Shown: positions 8,609 to 17,372 of the stretch, piece after piece
Position numbering within the stretch: position 1 is the stretch's first letter
Layout of the letters: each line of letters opens with the position of its first letter
Source: a virus
Virus genome (UHGV): UHGV-0121368
Strand: one strand, 5' to 3'
DNA: 28,253 bases
Position numbers and translations under genes: made by a program
The notes under the pieces: generated by a model
What the model was told of the DNA's origin: nothing
Database searches by the model: none
The model's input: only the letters and a program-made list of their open reading frames with translations

Positions 8609-9463
8609 ATGGCAAAAAAAGTCTCAAAATTCTTTCGTATCGGCGTTGAGGGTGACACCTGTGACGGGCGTGTCATCAGTGCGCAGGATATTCAGGAAAT
8701 GGCCGAAACCTTTGACCCGCGAGTCTATGGTTGCCGCATTAACCTGGAACATCTGCGCGGCGTCCTGCCTGACGGTATTTTTAAGCGTTATGGCGATGTG
8801 GTCGAACTGAAGGCCGAAAAGATTGACGATGATTCGGCGCTGAAAGGCAAATGGGCGCTGTTTGCGAAAATCACCCCGACCGATGACCTTATCGCGATGA
8901 ACAAGGCCGCGCAGAAGGTCTATACCTCAATGGAAATTCAGCCGAACTTTGCCAATACAGGCAAATGTTATCTGGTGGGTCTGGCCGTCACCGATGACCC
9001 GGCAAGCCTCGGCACGGAATACCTGGAATTCTGCCGCACGGCAAAACACAACCCCCTGAACCGCTTCAAATTAAGCCCTGAAAACCTGATTTCAGTGGCA
9101 ACGCCCGTTGAGCTGGAATTTGAAGACCTGCCTGAAACCGTGTTCACCGCCCTGACCGAAAAGGTGAAGTCCATTTTTGGCCGCAAACAGGCCAGCGATG
9201 ACGCCCGTCTGAATGACGTGCATGAAGCGGTGACCGCTGTTGCTGAACATGTGCAGGAAAAACTGAGCGCCACTGAGCAGCGCCTCGCTGAGATGGAAAC
9301 CGCTTTTTCCGCACTTAAGCAGGATGTGACTGACAGGGCGGATGAAACCAGCCAGGCATTCACCCGCCTGAAAAACAGTCTCGACCACACCGAAAGTCTG
9401 ACCCAGCAGCGCCGCAGCAAGGCCACCGGTGGTGGCGGTGACGCCCTGATGACGAACTGCTGA
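8609..9463 (+). CDS. O: Capsid scaffolding protein, 284 aa
   Basis: Start moved to the ATG at 8609 (MAKKVSKFFRIGVEGD...) giving 284 aa, equal to P2 gpO; AGGA 9 nt upstream. Confidence 0.85.
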   Translation: MAKKVSKFFRIGVEGDTCDGRVISAQDIQEMAETFDPRVYGCRINLEHLRGVLPDGIFKRYGDVVELKAEKIDDDSALKGKWALFAKITPTDDLIAMNKAAQKVYTSMEIQPNFANTGKCYLVGLAVTDDPASLGTEYLEFCRTAKHNPLNRFKLSPENLISVATPVELEFEDLPETVFTALTEKVKSIFGRKQASDDARLNDVHEAVTAVAEHVQEKLSATEQRLAEMETAFSALKQDVTDRADETSQAFTRLKNSLDHTESLTQQRRSKATGGGGDALMTNC

Positions 9464-9521
9464 CCGGCGTCAGTCAGTCCGGGAAAACCTTCACGATTAA
9501 CCCTTAATTTCAGGAAAAACT

Positions 9522-10595
9522 ATGCGCCAGGAAACCCGCTTTAAATTTAATGCCTACCTGTCCCGTGTTGCCGAACTGAACGGCATCGACGCCGGTGATG
9601 TGTCGAAAAAATTCACCGTTGAACCGTCGGTCACCCAGACCCTGATGAACACCATGCAGGAGTCCTCTGACTTTCTGACCCGCATCAACATTGTGCCGGT
9701 CAGCGAAATGAAAGGGGAAAAAATTGGCATCGGTGTCACCGGCTCCATCGCCAGCACCACCGACACCGCCGGTGGCACCGAGCGTCAGCCGAAGGACTTC
9801 TCGAAGCTGGCGTCAAACAAGTACGAATGCGACCAGATTAACTTCGATTTTTATATCCGCTACAAAACGCTGGACCTGTGGGCGCGTTATCAGGATTTCC
9901 AGCTCCGTGTCCGTAACGCCATTATCAAACGCCAGTCCCTTGATTTAATCATGGCCGGTTTTAACGGCGTGAGGCGTGCCGAAACCTCTGACCGCAGCAG
10001 CAATCCGATGCTGCAGGATGTGGCGGTCGGCTGGCTGCAGAAATACCGCAATGAAGCCCCGGCGCGCGTGATGAGCAAGGTCACTAACGAGGAAGGGCAC
10101 ACCACCTCTGAGGTTATCCGCGTGGGTAAGGGCGGTGATTATGCCAGCCTTGACGCACTGGTGATGGATGCGACCAACAACCTGATTGAGCCGTGGTATC
10201 AGGAAGACCCTGACCTTGTGGTGATTGTGGGACGTCAGCTACTGGCGGACAAGTATTTTCCCATCGTCAACAAGGAGCAGGACAACAGCGAAATGCTGGC
10301 CGCTGACGTCATCATCAGCCAGAAACGCATCGGTAACCTGCCGGCGGTACGCGTCCCGTACTTCCCGGCGGATGCGATGCTCATCACAAAGCTGGAAAAC
10401 CTGTCCATCTACTACATGGATGACAGCCATCGCCGCGTGATTGAGGAAAACCCGAAACTCGACCGCGTGGAGAACTACGAGTCAATGAACATTGATTACG
10501 TGGTGGAAGACTACGCCGCCGGTTGTCTGGTGGAAAAAATTAAGGTCGGTGATTTCTCCACACTGGCTAAAGCGACCGCAGAGCCGGGAGCGTAA
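9522..10595 (+). CDS. N: Major capsid protein, 357 aa
   Basis: 357 aa, equal to P2 gpN; follows the scaffold gene. Confidence 0.9.
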   Translation: MRQETRFKFNAYLSRVAELNGIDAGDVSKKFTVEPSVTQTLMNTMQESSDFLTRINIVPVSEMKGEKIGIGVTGSIASTTDTAGGTERQPKDFSKLASNKYECDQINFDFYIRYKTLDLWARYQDFQLRVRNAIIKRQSLDLIMAGFNGVRRAETSDRSSNPMLQDVAVGWLQKYRNEAPARVMSKVTNEEGHTTSEVIRVGKGGDYASLDALVMDATNNLIEPWYQEDPDLVVIVGRQLLADKYFPIVNKEQDNSEMLAADVIISQKRIGNLPAVRVPYFPADAMLITKLENLSIYYMDDSHRRVIEENPKLDRVENYESMNIDYVVEDYAAGCLVEKIKVGDFSTLAKATAEPGA

Positions 10596-10598
10596 CCG

Positions 10599-11342
10599 AT
10601 GACGAGTCCCGCACAGCGCCACATGATGCGGGTCTCGGCAGCGATGACCGCGCAGCGGGAAGCCGCCCCGCTGCGACATGCAACTGTCTATGAGCAGATG
10701 CTGGTTAAGCTCGCCGCAGACCAGCGCACACTGAAAGCGATTTATTCAAAAGAGCTGAAGGCCGCGAAAAAACGCGAACTGCTGCCGTTCTGGTTGCCGT
10801 GGGTGAACGGCGTGCTGGAGCAGGGCAAAGGTGCACAGGATGACATTCTGATGACGGTCATGCTGTGGCGTCTGGATACCGGCGATATTGCCGGTGCGCT
10901 GGAGATTGCCCGTTATGCCCTGAAATACGGTCTGACCATGCCGGGTAAACACCGCCGCACCCCGCCGTACATGTTCACCGAGGAGGTGGCACTTGCGGCC
11001 ATGCGCGCCCACGCTGCCGGTGAGTCTGTGGATCCCCGCCTGCTGACGGACACCCTCGAACTGACCGCCACGGCTGACATGCCTGATGAAGTGCGCGCAA
11101 AGCTGCACAAAATCACCGGTCTGTTTCTGCGTGACGCTGGTGATGCCGCCGGTGCGCTGGCTCACCTGCAACGTGCGACACAGCTCGACTGTCAGGCAGG
11201 CGTCAAAAAAGAGATTGAACGACTGGAGCGGGAGCTGAAACCGAAGCCGGAGCCGCAGCCAAAAGCGGCCACCCGCGCCCCGCGTAAGACCCGGAGCGTG
11301 ACACCGGCAAAACGTGGACGCCCGAAAAAGAAAGCCAGTTAA
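10599..11342 (+). CDS. M: Terminase small subunit (endonuclease), 247 aa
   Basis: 247 aa, equal to P2 gpM; basic KR-rich C-terminus. Confidence 0.85.
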   Translation: MTSPAQRHMMRVSAAMTAQREAAPLRHATVYEQMLVKLAADQRTLKAIYSKELKAAKKRELLPFWLPWVNGVLEQGKGAQDDILMTVMLWRLDTGDIAGALEIARYALKYGLTMPGKHRRTPPYMFTEEVALAAMRAHAAGESVDPRLLTDTLELTATADMPDEVRAKLHKITGLFLRDAGDAAGALAHLQRATQLDCQAGVKKEIERLERELKPKPEPQPKAATRAPRKTRSVTPAKRGRPKKKAS

Positions 11343-11441
11343 CAACCGAATGCGCCCCGCGCCAGGGCGGCACGCCGGTCAGTGAGGGTGACTCACCTGA
11401 CGCTGTACCGGCGTCCACCGCCCGACTTTTCAGAGGTAGTC

Positions 11442-11951
11442 ATGATGACGCTGATTATTCCGCGAAAGGAGGCTCCCGTGTCCGGTGAGGGTACGGTGGT
11501 CATCCCGCAACCGGCTGGCGACGAGCCGGTGATTAAAAACACGTTCTTTTTTCCCGATATCGACCCGAAGCGCGTCCGGGAACGTATGCGCCTTGAGCAG
11601 ACCGTCGCCCCCGCCCGTCTGCGTGAGGCCATCAAGTCAGGCATGGCTGAAACAAATGCGGAGCTGTACGAGTACCGCGAACAGAAAATTGCCGCCGGTT
11701 TTACGCGTCTGGCGGACGTTCCGGCGGACGACATCGACGGTGAAAGCATCAAAGTTTTTTACTACGAGCGCGCCGTGTGTGCGATGGCGACCGCGTCGCT
11801 TTATGAGCGTTACCGCGGCGTGGATGCCAGTGCGAAAGGCGACAAGAAGGCTGACAGCATTGACAGCACCATTGATGAACTGTGGCGGGATATGCGCTGG
11901 GCGGTGGCGCGTATCCAGGACAAGCCACGCTGCATCGTGAGTCAAATCTGA
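11442..11951 (+). CDS. L: Head completion/stabilisation protein, 169 aa
   Basis: Start moved to the ATG at 11442 (GAGG 5 nt upstream), giving 169 aa, equal to P2 gpL. Confidence 0.8.
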   Translation: MMTLIIPRKEAPVSGEGTVVIPQPAGDEPVIKNTFFFPDIDPKRVRERMRLEQTVAPARLREAIKSGMAETNAELYEYREQKIAAGFTRLADVPADDIDGESIKVFYYERAVCAMATASLYERYRGVDASAKGDKKADSIDSTIDELWRDMRWAVARIQDKPRCIVSQI

Positions 11952-12154
11952 TGAAGACCTTTGCGCTACAGGGCGACACGCTCGACGCCATTTGTGTCCG
12001 GTATTACGGGCGCACTGAGGGCGTGGTTGAGACCGTGCTCGCCGCAAATCCGGGACTGGCTGAACTGGGTGCGGTGCTGCCACACGGCACCGCCGTCGAA
12101 CTGCCCGACGTTCAGACCGCGCCCGTGGCTGAAACTGTCAATCTGTGGGAGTAA
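11951..12154 (+). CDS. X: Tail protein X, 67 aa
   Basis: Start at the ATG overlapping the L stop (TGATG); 67 aa (MKTFALQGDTLDAICVRYYG...), equal to P2 gpX. Confidence 0.8.
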   Translation: MKTFALQGDTLDAICVRYYGRTEGVVETVLAANPGLAELGAVLPHGTAVELPDVQTAPVAETVNLWE

Positions 12155-12157
12155 CGC

Positions 12158-12439
12158 ATGACAGCAGAAGAAAAAAGCGTCCTGTCGCTTTTCATGATTG
12201 GGGTGCTGATTGTTGTCGGCAAGGTGCTTGCCGGTGGTGAACCCATCACCCCGCGTCTGTTTATCGGGCGCATGTTGCTCGGTGGTTTTGTCTCGATGGT
12301 TGCCGGTGTTGTTCTGGTGCAGTTTCCTGACCTGTCACTGCCTGCGGTGTGCGGCATCGGCTCCATGCTGGGTATCGCCGGTTATCAGGTGATTGAGATT
12401 GCCATTCAGCGCCGCTTTAAGGGCAGGGGGAAACCGTAA
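12158..12439 (+). CDS. Y: Holin, 93 aa
   Basis: 93 aa with hydrophobic transmembrane segments and a charged C-terminus (RRFKGRGKP); immediately precedes the endolysin. Confidence 0.85.
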   Translation: MTAEEKSVLSLFMIGVLIVVGKVLAGGEPITPRLFIGRMLLGGFVSMVAGVVLVQFPDLSLPAVCGIGSMLGIAGYQVIEIAIQRRFKGRGKP

Positions 12440-12936
12440 TGCCGGTAATTAACACGCATCAGAATATCGCCGCCTTTCTCGACATGCTGGCCGTGTCCGA
12501 AGGGACGGCGAATCATCCGCTGACGAAAAACCGTGGCTATGACGTGATAGTCACCGGACTGGACGGGAAGCCGGAAATTTTCACCGACTACAGTGACCAC
12601 CCGTTCGCGCATGGCCGACCGGCGAAGGTGTTTAACCGTCGCGGTGAAAAATCCACGGCCTCCGGTCGCTATCAGCAGCTTTACCTGTTCTGGCCGCATT
12701 ACCGCAAACAGCTTGCCCTGCCGGATTTCAGTCCGTTGTCACAGGACAGACTCGCCATTCAGTTGATCCGCGAACGCGGTGCGCTGGATGACATCCGGGC
12801 GGGACGCATTGAGCGCGCCATTTCACGCTGTCGCAATATCTGGGCGTCCCTGCCGGGTGCCGGTTACGGTCAGCGTGAGCATTCACTGGAAAAACTGGTC
12901 ACCGTCTGGCGTACCGCTGGCGGCGTACCGGCTTAA
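12439..12936 (+). CDS. K: Endolysin (lysozyme-like), 165 aa
   Basis: 165 aa, equal to P2 gpK; start overlaps the holin stop. Confidence 0.85.
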   Translation: MPVINTHQNIAAFLDMLAVSEGTANHPLTKNRGYDVIVTGLDGKPEIFTDYSDHPFAHGRPAKVFNRRGEKSTASGRYQQLYLFWPHYRKQLALPDFSPLSQDRLAIQLIRERGALDDIRAGRIERAISRCRNIWASLPGAGYGQREHSLEKLVTVWRTAGGVPA

Positions 12937-12950
12937 ACGGAGTAAACACC

Positions 12951-13376
12951 ATGAAGAAATTATCCCTTTCACTGATGCTGAACGTGTCGCTGGCGCTGAT
13001 GCTGGCACTGTCCCTGATTTACCCGCAGAGCGTGGCCGTCAGTTTTGTCGCTGCCTGGGCGATTCTGGCGACGGTTATCTGTGTGGTTGCCGGTGGTGTC
13101 GGGGGGTATGCCACTGAGTATGTGCTGGAACGCTACGGGCGGGAGCTGCCGCCGGAATCACTGGCCGTGAAGATTGTCACGTCGCTGTTTTTGCAGCCGG
13201 TGCCGTGGTGCAGACGGGCAGTGGCTCTGGTTGTGATGGTGGCGACGTTTATCTCGCTGGTCGCCGCCGGATGGATTTTTACCGCGCTGATTTATCTCGT
13301 GGCGTCGGTGTTCTTCCGGCTGATACGTACAGCCTGCCGTCAGCGTCTTGAGGGGCGGGAACCATGTCAAGGCTGA
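12951..13376 (+). CDS. lysA: Lysis regulatory membrane protein LysA, 141 aa
   Basis: 141-aa strongly hydrophobic multi-TM protein following the endolysin; size equals P2 LysA. Confidence 0.7.
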   Translation: MKKLSLSLMLNVSLALMLALSLIYPQSVAVSFVAAWAILATVICVVAGGVGGYATEYVLERYGRELPPESLAVKIVTSLFLQPVPWCRRAVALVVMVATFISLVAAGWIFTALIYLVASVFFRLIRTACRQRLEGREPCQG

Positions 13377-13789
13377 TGATTGTGCTGGTTGTGTTGTTAT
13401 CGCTGGCGGTGGCGGGGCTGTTTCTGGTGAAACACAAAAATGCCAACCTGCGCGCCTCGCTGGACAGGGCGAACAATGTCGCCAGCGGGCAGCAGACGAC
13501 CATCACCATGCTGAAAAACCAGCTTCATGTTGCCCTTACCAGGGCAGACAAAAACGAGCTGGCGCAGGTGGCACTGCGTCAGGAACTGGAAAACGCCGCG
13601 AAGCGTGAAGCACAGCGCGAGAAAACCATCACGAGGTTACTCAATGAAAACGAAGATTTTCGCCGCTGGTACGGTGCTGACCTGCCTGATGCTGTGCGCC
13701 GGTTGCACCAGCGCCCGGCCTGCACCGACGCCAGTGATTGTCGCCAACGCCTGCCCGAAAGTGAGCCTTTGCCCGATGCCGGGCAGTGA
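13364..13789 (+). CDS. lysB: Inner-membrane spanin LysB (Rz-like), 141 aa
   Basis: N-terminal TM segment followed by a charged helical region; 141 aa, equal to P2 LysB. Confidence 0.7.
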   Translation: MSRLMIVLVVLLSLAVAGLFLVKHKNANLRASLDRANNVASGQQTTITMLKNQLHVALTRADKNELAQVALRQELENAAKREAQREKTITRLLNENEDFRRWYGADLPDAVRRLHQRPACTDASDCRQRLPESEPLPDAGQ

Positions 13790-13934
13790 CCCGCAGACGA
13801 ACGGCGATTTAAGTGCCGATATCCGGCAGCTTGAGAACGCGCTGGCACGCTGTGCCAGCCAGGTAAAAATGATTAAACACTGTCAGGACGAAAACGATGC
13901 TCAAACCCGACAGCCTGCGCAGGGCGCTGACTGA
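13644..13934 (+). CDS. lysC: Outer-membrane lipoprotein spanin LysC (Rz1-like), 96 aa
   Basis: +1-frame ORF beginning inside lysB; signal peptide plus lipobox (LCAGC); Pro-rich; 96 aa from the ATG at 13644. Confidence 0.7.
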   Translation: MKTKIFAAGTVLTCLMLCAGCTSARPAPTPVIVANACPKVSLCPMPGSDPQTNGDLSADIRQLENALARCASQVKMIKHCQDENDAQTRQPAQGAD

Positions 13935-14364
13935 TGCCGTCACGGTGCTGAAAACCAGTCCAGAGATGCTTCGGATATTCGTGGATAACGGGAGTATTGC
14001 CTCCACGCTGGCGACGTCGCTGTCGTTCGAAAAGCGTTACACGCTCAATGTGATTGTGACCGACTTTACCGGTGATTTTGACCTGCTCATTGTGCCGGTG
14101 CTGGCGTGGCTGCGGGAAAATCAGCCCGACATCATGACCACCGACGCAGGCCAGAAAAAGGGCTTCACGTTTTATGCAGACATCAACAATGACAGCAGCT
14201 TTGATATCAGCATCAGCCTGATGCTGACCGAGCGCACGCTGGTCAGTGAGGTGGACGGCGCACTGCATGTGAAGAATATCCCGGAACCCCCGCCGCCGGA
14301 GCCGGTCACCCGCCCGATGGAGCTGTATATCAATGGCGAACTGGTGAGCAAGTGGGATGAATGA
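13897..14364 (+). CDS. R: Tail completion protein R, 155 aa
   Basis: 155 aa, equal to P2 gpR; position after the lysis cassette. Confidence 0.8.
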   Translation: MLKPDSLRRALTDAVTVLKTSPEMLRIFVDNGSIASTLATSLSFEKRYTLNVIVTDFTGDFDLLIVPVLAWLRENQPDIMTTDAGQKKGFTFYADINNDSSFDISISLMLTERTLVSEVDGALHVKNIPEPPPPEPVTRPMELYINGELVSKWDE

Positions 14365-14809
14365 GTTTAAGCGTTTTGAAGACCGGCTGACCGGACTGAT
14401 TGAGTCGCTGTCACCGTCAGGGCGTCGACGACTGAGTGCCGAACTGGCGAAACGTCTGCGTCAGAGTCAGCAGCGCCGGGTGATGGCACAGAAAGCCCCG
14501 GACGGCACACCCTACGCACCACGCCAGCAGCAGAGCGCCAGAAAAAAGACCGGTCGCGTTAAGCGAAAAATGTTTGCGAAACTTATCACCAGTCGTTTTT
14601 TGCATATCCGCGCCAGCCCGGAACAGGCATCAATGGAGTTTTACGGCGGAAAGTCACCGAAAATCGCCAGCGTGCATCAGTTCGGTCTGTCGGAAGAAAC
14701 CCGGAAAGACGGTAAGAAAATTGATTATCCGGCGCGTCCTCTGCTCGGCTTTACCGGTGAGGATGTGCAGATGATTGAAGAGATTATCCTGGCTCACCTC
14801 GACCGTTAG
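14357..14809 (+). CDS. S: Tail completion protein S, 150 aa
   Basis: 150 aa, equal to P2 gpS; overlaps the R stop. Confidence 0.8.
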   Translation: MNEFKRFEDRLTGLIESLSPSGRRRLSAELAKRLRQSQQRRVMAQKAPDGTPYAPRQQQSARKKTGRVKRKMFAKLITSRFLHIRASPEQASMEFYGGKSPKIASVHQFGLSEETRKDGKKIDYPARPLLGFTGEDVQMIEEIILAHLDR

Positions 14810-14875
14810 TTGTGCCATTCCCGACACCTCATCGTCACATTGCCGCCGGTATGACCCGGCGGCATCCTTCCCGTT
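14810..14875 (+). promoter_or_regulatory. Candidate late promoter upstream of V with partial dyad
   Basis: Intergenic S-V gap contains TGTGCCATTCCCGACACC (GTG-N10-CAC / TGT-N12-ACC), resembling the Ogr-box dyad of P2 late promoters. Confidence 0.35.
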
Positions 14876-15511
14876 ATGAACACTCTCGCAAATATTCAGG
14901 AACTCGCGCGCGCACTGCGCAACATGATACGCACCGGCATTGTCGTCGAAACCGACCTTAACGTCGGTCGCTGCCGTGTGCAGACCGGCGGCATGTGCAC
15001 CGACTGGCTTCAGTGGCTGACCCATCGCGCCGGTCGTTCGCGCACATGGTGGGCACCTTCCGTGGGGGAACAGGTGCTGATTCTGTCCGTGGGCGGTGAA
15101 CTCGACACGGCGTTCGTTCTGCCGGGGATTTATTCCGGCGATAACCCCGCGCCGTCTGCGTCGGCGGATGCCCTGCATATCCGTTTCCCTGACGGAGCGG
15201 TGATTGAGTATGAACCTGAAACCAGTGCACTCACGGTAAGCGGAATTAAAACGGCCAGCGTGACGGCTTCTGATTCTGTTACCGCCACGGTGCCGGTGGT
15301 CATGGTGAAAGCATCAACCCGCGTCACCCTGGACACACCGGAGGTGGTCTGCACCAACAGGCTGATTACCGGCACGCTGGAAGTGCAGAAGGGCGGGACG
15401 ATGCGCGGCAACATTGAACATACCGGTGGTGAACTCTCATCAAACGGTAAGGTACTGCATACCCATAAACACCCCGGTGACAGTGGCGGCACAACAGGGG
15501 GACCTCTATGA
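14876..15511 (+). CDS. V: Baseplate spike protein, 211 aa
   Basis: 211 aa, equal to P2 gpV. Confidence 0.85.
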   Translation: MNTLANIQELARALRNMIRTGIVVETDLNVGRCRVQTGGMCTDWLQWLTHRAGRSRTWWAPSVGEQVLILSVGGELDTAFVLPGIYSGDNPAPSASADALHIRFPDGAVIEYEPETSALTVSGIKTASVTASDSVTATVPVVMVKASTRVTLDTPEVVCTNRLITGTLEVQKGGTMRGNIEHTGGELSSNGKVLHTHKHPGDSGGTTGGPL

Positions 15512-15855
15512 CTGCGCGTTATCTCGGAATGAATCGCAGTGATGGCCTGACGGTCACTGACCTTGAGCATATCAGCCAGAGTATCGGCGATATCCTGCGC
15601 ACACCGGTCGGCTCACGGGTGATGCGTCGTGATTACGGCTCGTTGCTGGCATCAATGATTGACCAGCCGCAGACCCCGGCGCTTGAGTTGCAGATTAAGG
15701 TCGCCTGTTACATGGCGGTGCTGAAATGGGAACCCCGCGTCACCCTGTCATCCGTCACCACTGAGCGCAGTTTTGACGGGCGAATGACGGTCACGTTAAC
15801 CGGCCAGCACAACGACACCGGCCAGCCACTTTCGTTAACCATCCCTGTGAGTTGA
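15508..15855 (+). CDS. W: Baseplate protein W (gp25-like), 115 aa
   Basis: 115 aa, equal to P2 gpW; translationally coupled to V. Confidence 0.85.
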   Translation: MTARYLGMNRSDGLTVTDLEHISQSIGDILRTPVGSRVMRRDYGSLLASMIDQPQTPALELQIKVACYMAVLKWEPRVTLSSVTTERSFDGRMTVTLTGQHNDTGQPLSLTIPVS

Positions 15856-15859
15856 AACC

Positions 15860-16768
15860 ATGCCGATTATCGACCTGAACCAGCTACCCGCACCGGATGT
15901 GGTCGAGGAGCTGGACTTTGAAACCATTCTCGCCGAACGCAAGGCGACACTGATTTCCCTTTACCCGGAAGACCAGCAGGAGGCGGTCGCCCGTACCCTG
16001 ACGCTGGAATCCGAGCCTCTCGTCAAACTGCTGGAGGAAAATGCTTATCGTGAGCTTATCTGGCGTCAGCGTGTGAATGAGGCCGCACGGGCGGTGATGC
16101 TGGCCTGTGCCGCCGGTAATGACCTTGATGTGATTGGTGCCAATTACAACACCACGCGCCTGATTATCACCCCGGCAGATGATTCGACTATCCCGCCGAC
16201 ACCGGCAGTGATGGAGTCTGACACCGATTATCGTCTGCGTATTCAGCAGGCGTTTGAGGGCTTAAGCGTCGCCGGGTCGGTGGGAGCCTATCAGTATCAT
16301 GGTCGCAGTGCTGACGGGCGTGTCGCGGATATTTCTGTCACCAGTCCGTCTCCGGCCTGCGTCACCATCTCTGTGCTGTCACGTGAAAATAACGGCGTCG
16401 CATCCGAAGACCTGCTGGCTGTGGTGCGTAACGCCCTTAATGGCGAGGACGTCAGGCCGGTGGCCGACCGCGTGACCGTGCAGTCTGCCGCCATCGTTGA
16501 ATACCAGATAAACGCCACGCTTTACCTTTACCCTGGTCCCGAAAGCGAACCCATACGCGCTGCCGCCGTGAAAAAACTGGAAGCGTACATCACGGCACAG
16601 CACCGGCTGGGGCGTGACATCCGTCTGTCTGCCATTTATGCCGCTTTGCATGTGGAAGGCGTGCAGCGTGTTGAACTGGCTTCACCACTGGCCGACATCG
16701 TGCTCAACAGTACGCAGGCGTCTTTCTGTACCGAATACCGCGTCGTGACCGGAGGCTCGGATGAGTGA
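15860..16768 (+). CDS. J: Baseplate protein J, 302 aa
   Basis: 302 aa, equal to P2 gpJ. Confidence 0.85.
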   Translation: MPIIDLNQLPAPDVVEELDFETILAERKATLISLYPEDQQEAVARTLTLESEPLVKLLEENAYRELIWRQRVNEAARAVMLACAAGNDLDVIGANYNTTRLIITPADDSTIPPTPAVMESDTDYRLRIQQAFEGLSVAGSVGAYQYHGRSADGRVADISVTSPSPACVTISVLSRENNGVASEDLLAVVRNALNGEDVRPVADRVTVQSAAIVEYQINATLYLYPGPESEPIRAAAVKKLEAYITAQHRLGRDIRLSAIYAALHVEGVQRVELASPLADIVLNSTQASFCTEYRVVTGGSDE

Positions 16769-17372
16769 TTCGCGACTGCTGCCGACCGGCTCATCACCGC
16801 TTGAAGTCGCTGCTGCAAAAGCCTGTGCGGAAATTGAAAAAACGCCGGTCAGTATTCGTGAGCTGTGGAACCCGGACACCTGCCCGGCAAATCTGCTGCC
16901 GTGGCTGGCGTGGTCATTTTCGGTTGACCGCTGGGATGATAAGTGGCCGGAAGCGACAAAACGCGCTGTTATCCGCGATGCGTATTTCATTCACTGCCAT
17001 AAGGGCACTATAGGCGCAATCCGGCGTGTGGTGGAGCCGCTCGGCTATCTGATTGAGGTGAGGGAGTGGTGGCAACTCAATGAGGAGCCGGGGACGTTCC
17101 GTATCGTTGTTGGCGTGCTTGAGCAGGGTATTACCGAGGAAATGTATCAGGAGCTGGAGCGCCTCGTTGCTGATGCAAAACCGGCAAGCCGCCATCTGAC
17201 GGGACTGGCTATCAGTTTAAGTACAACCGGCAACATTTTTGCCGGTGCGGGATGCTATCACGGCGACGCCCTGACAGTTTATCCCTACACCCCGGAGGCC
17301 ATTATTGTCGGAGGGGATTATTTCCCGGCCTCGGCCATTCATTTAATTGATAACCTGAGAGTAAACGCATGA
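16761..17372 (+). CDS. I: Baseplate protein I, 203 aa
   Basis: Overlaps the J stop and the H start; position matches P2 gpI (recalled as 176 aa, so here somewhat longer). Confidence 0.75.
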   Translation: MSDSRLLPTGSSPLEVAAAKACAEIEKTPVSIRELWNPDTCPANLLPWLAWSFSVDRWDDKWPEATKRAVIRDAYFIHCHKGTIGAIRRVVEPLGYLIEVREWWQLNEEPGTFRIVVGVLEQGITEEMYQELERLVADAKPASRHLTGLAISLSTTGNIFAGAGCYHGDALTVYPYTPEAIIVGGDYFPASAIHLIDNLRVNA

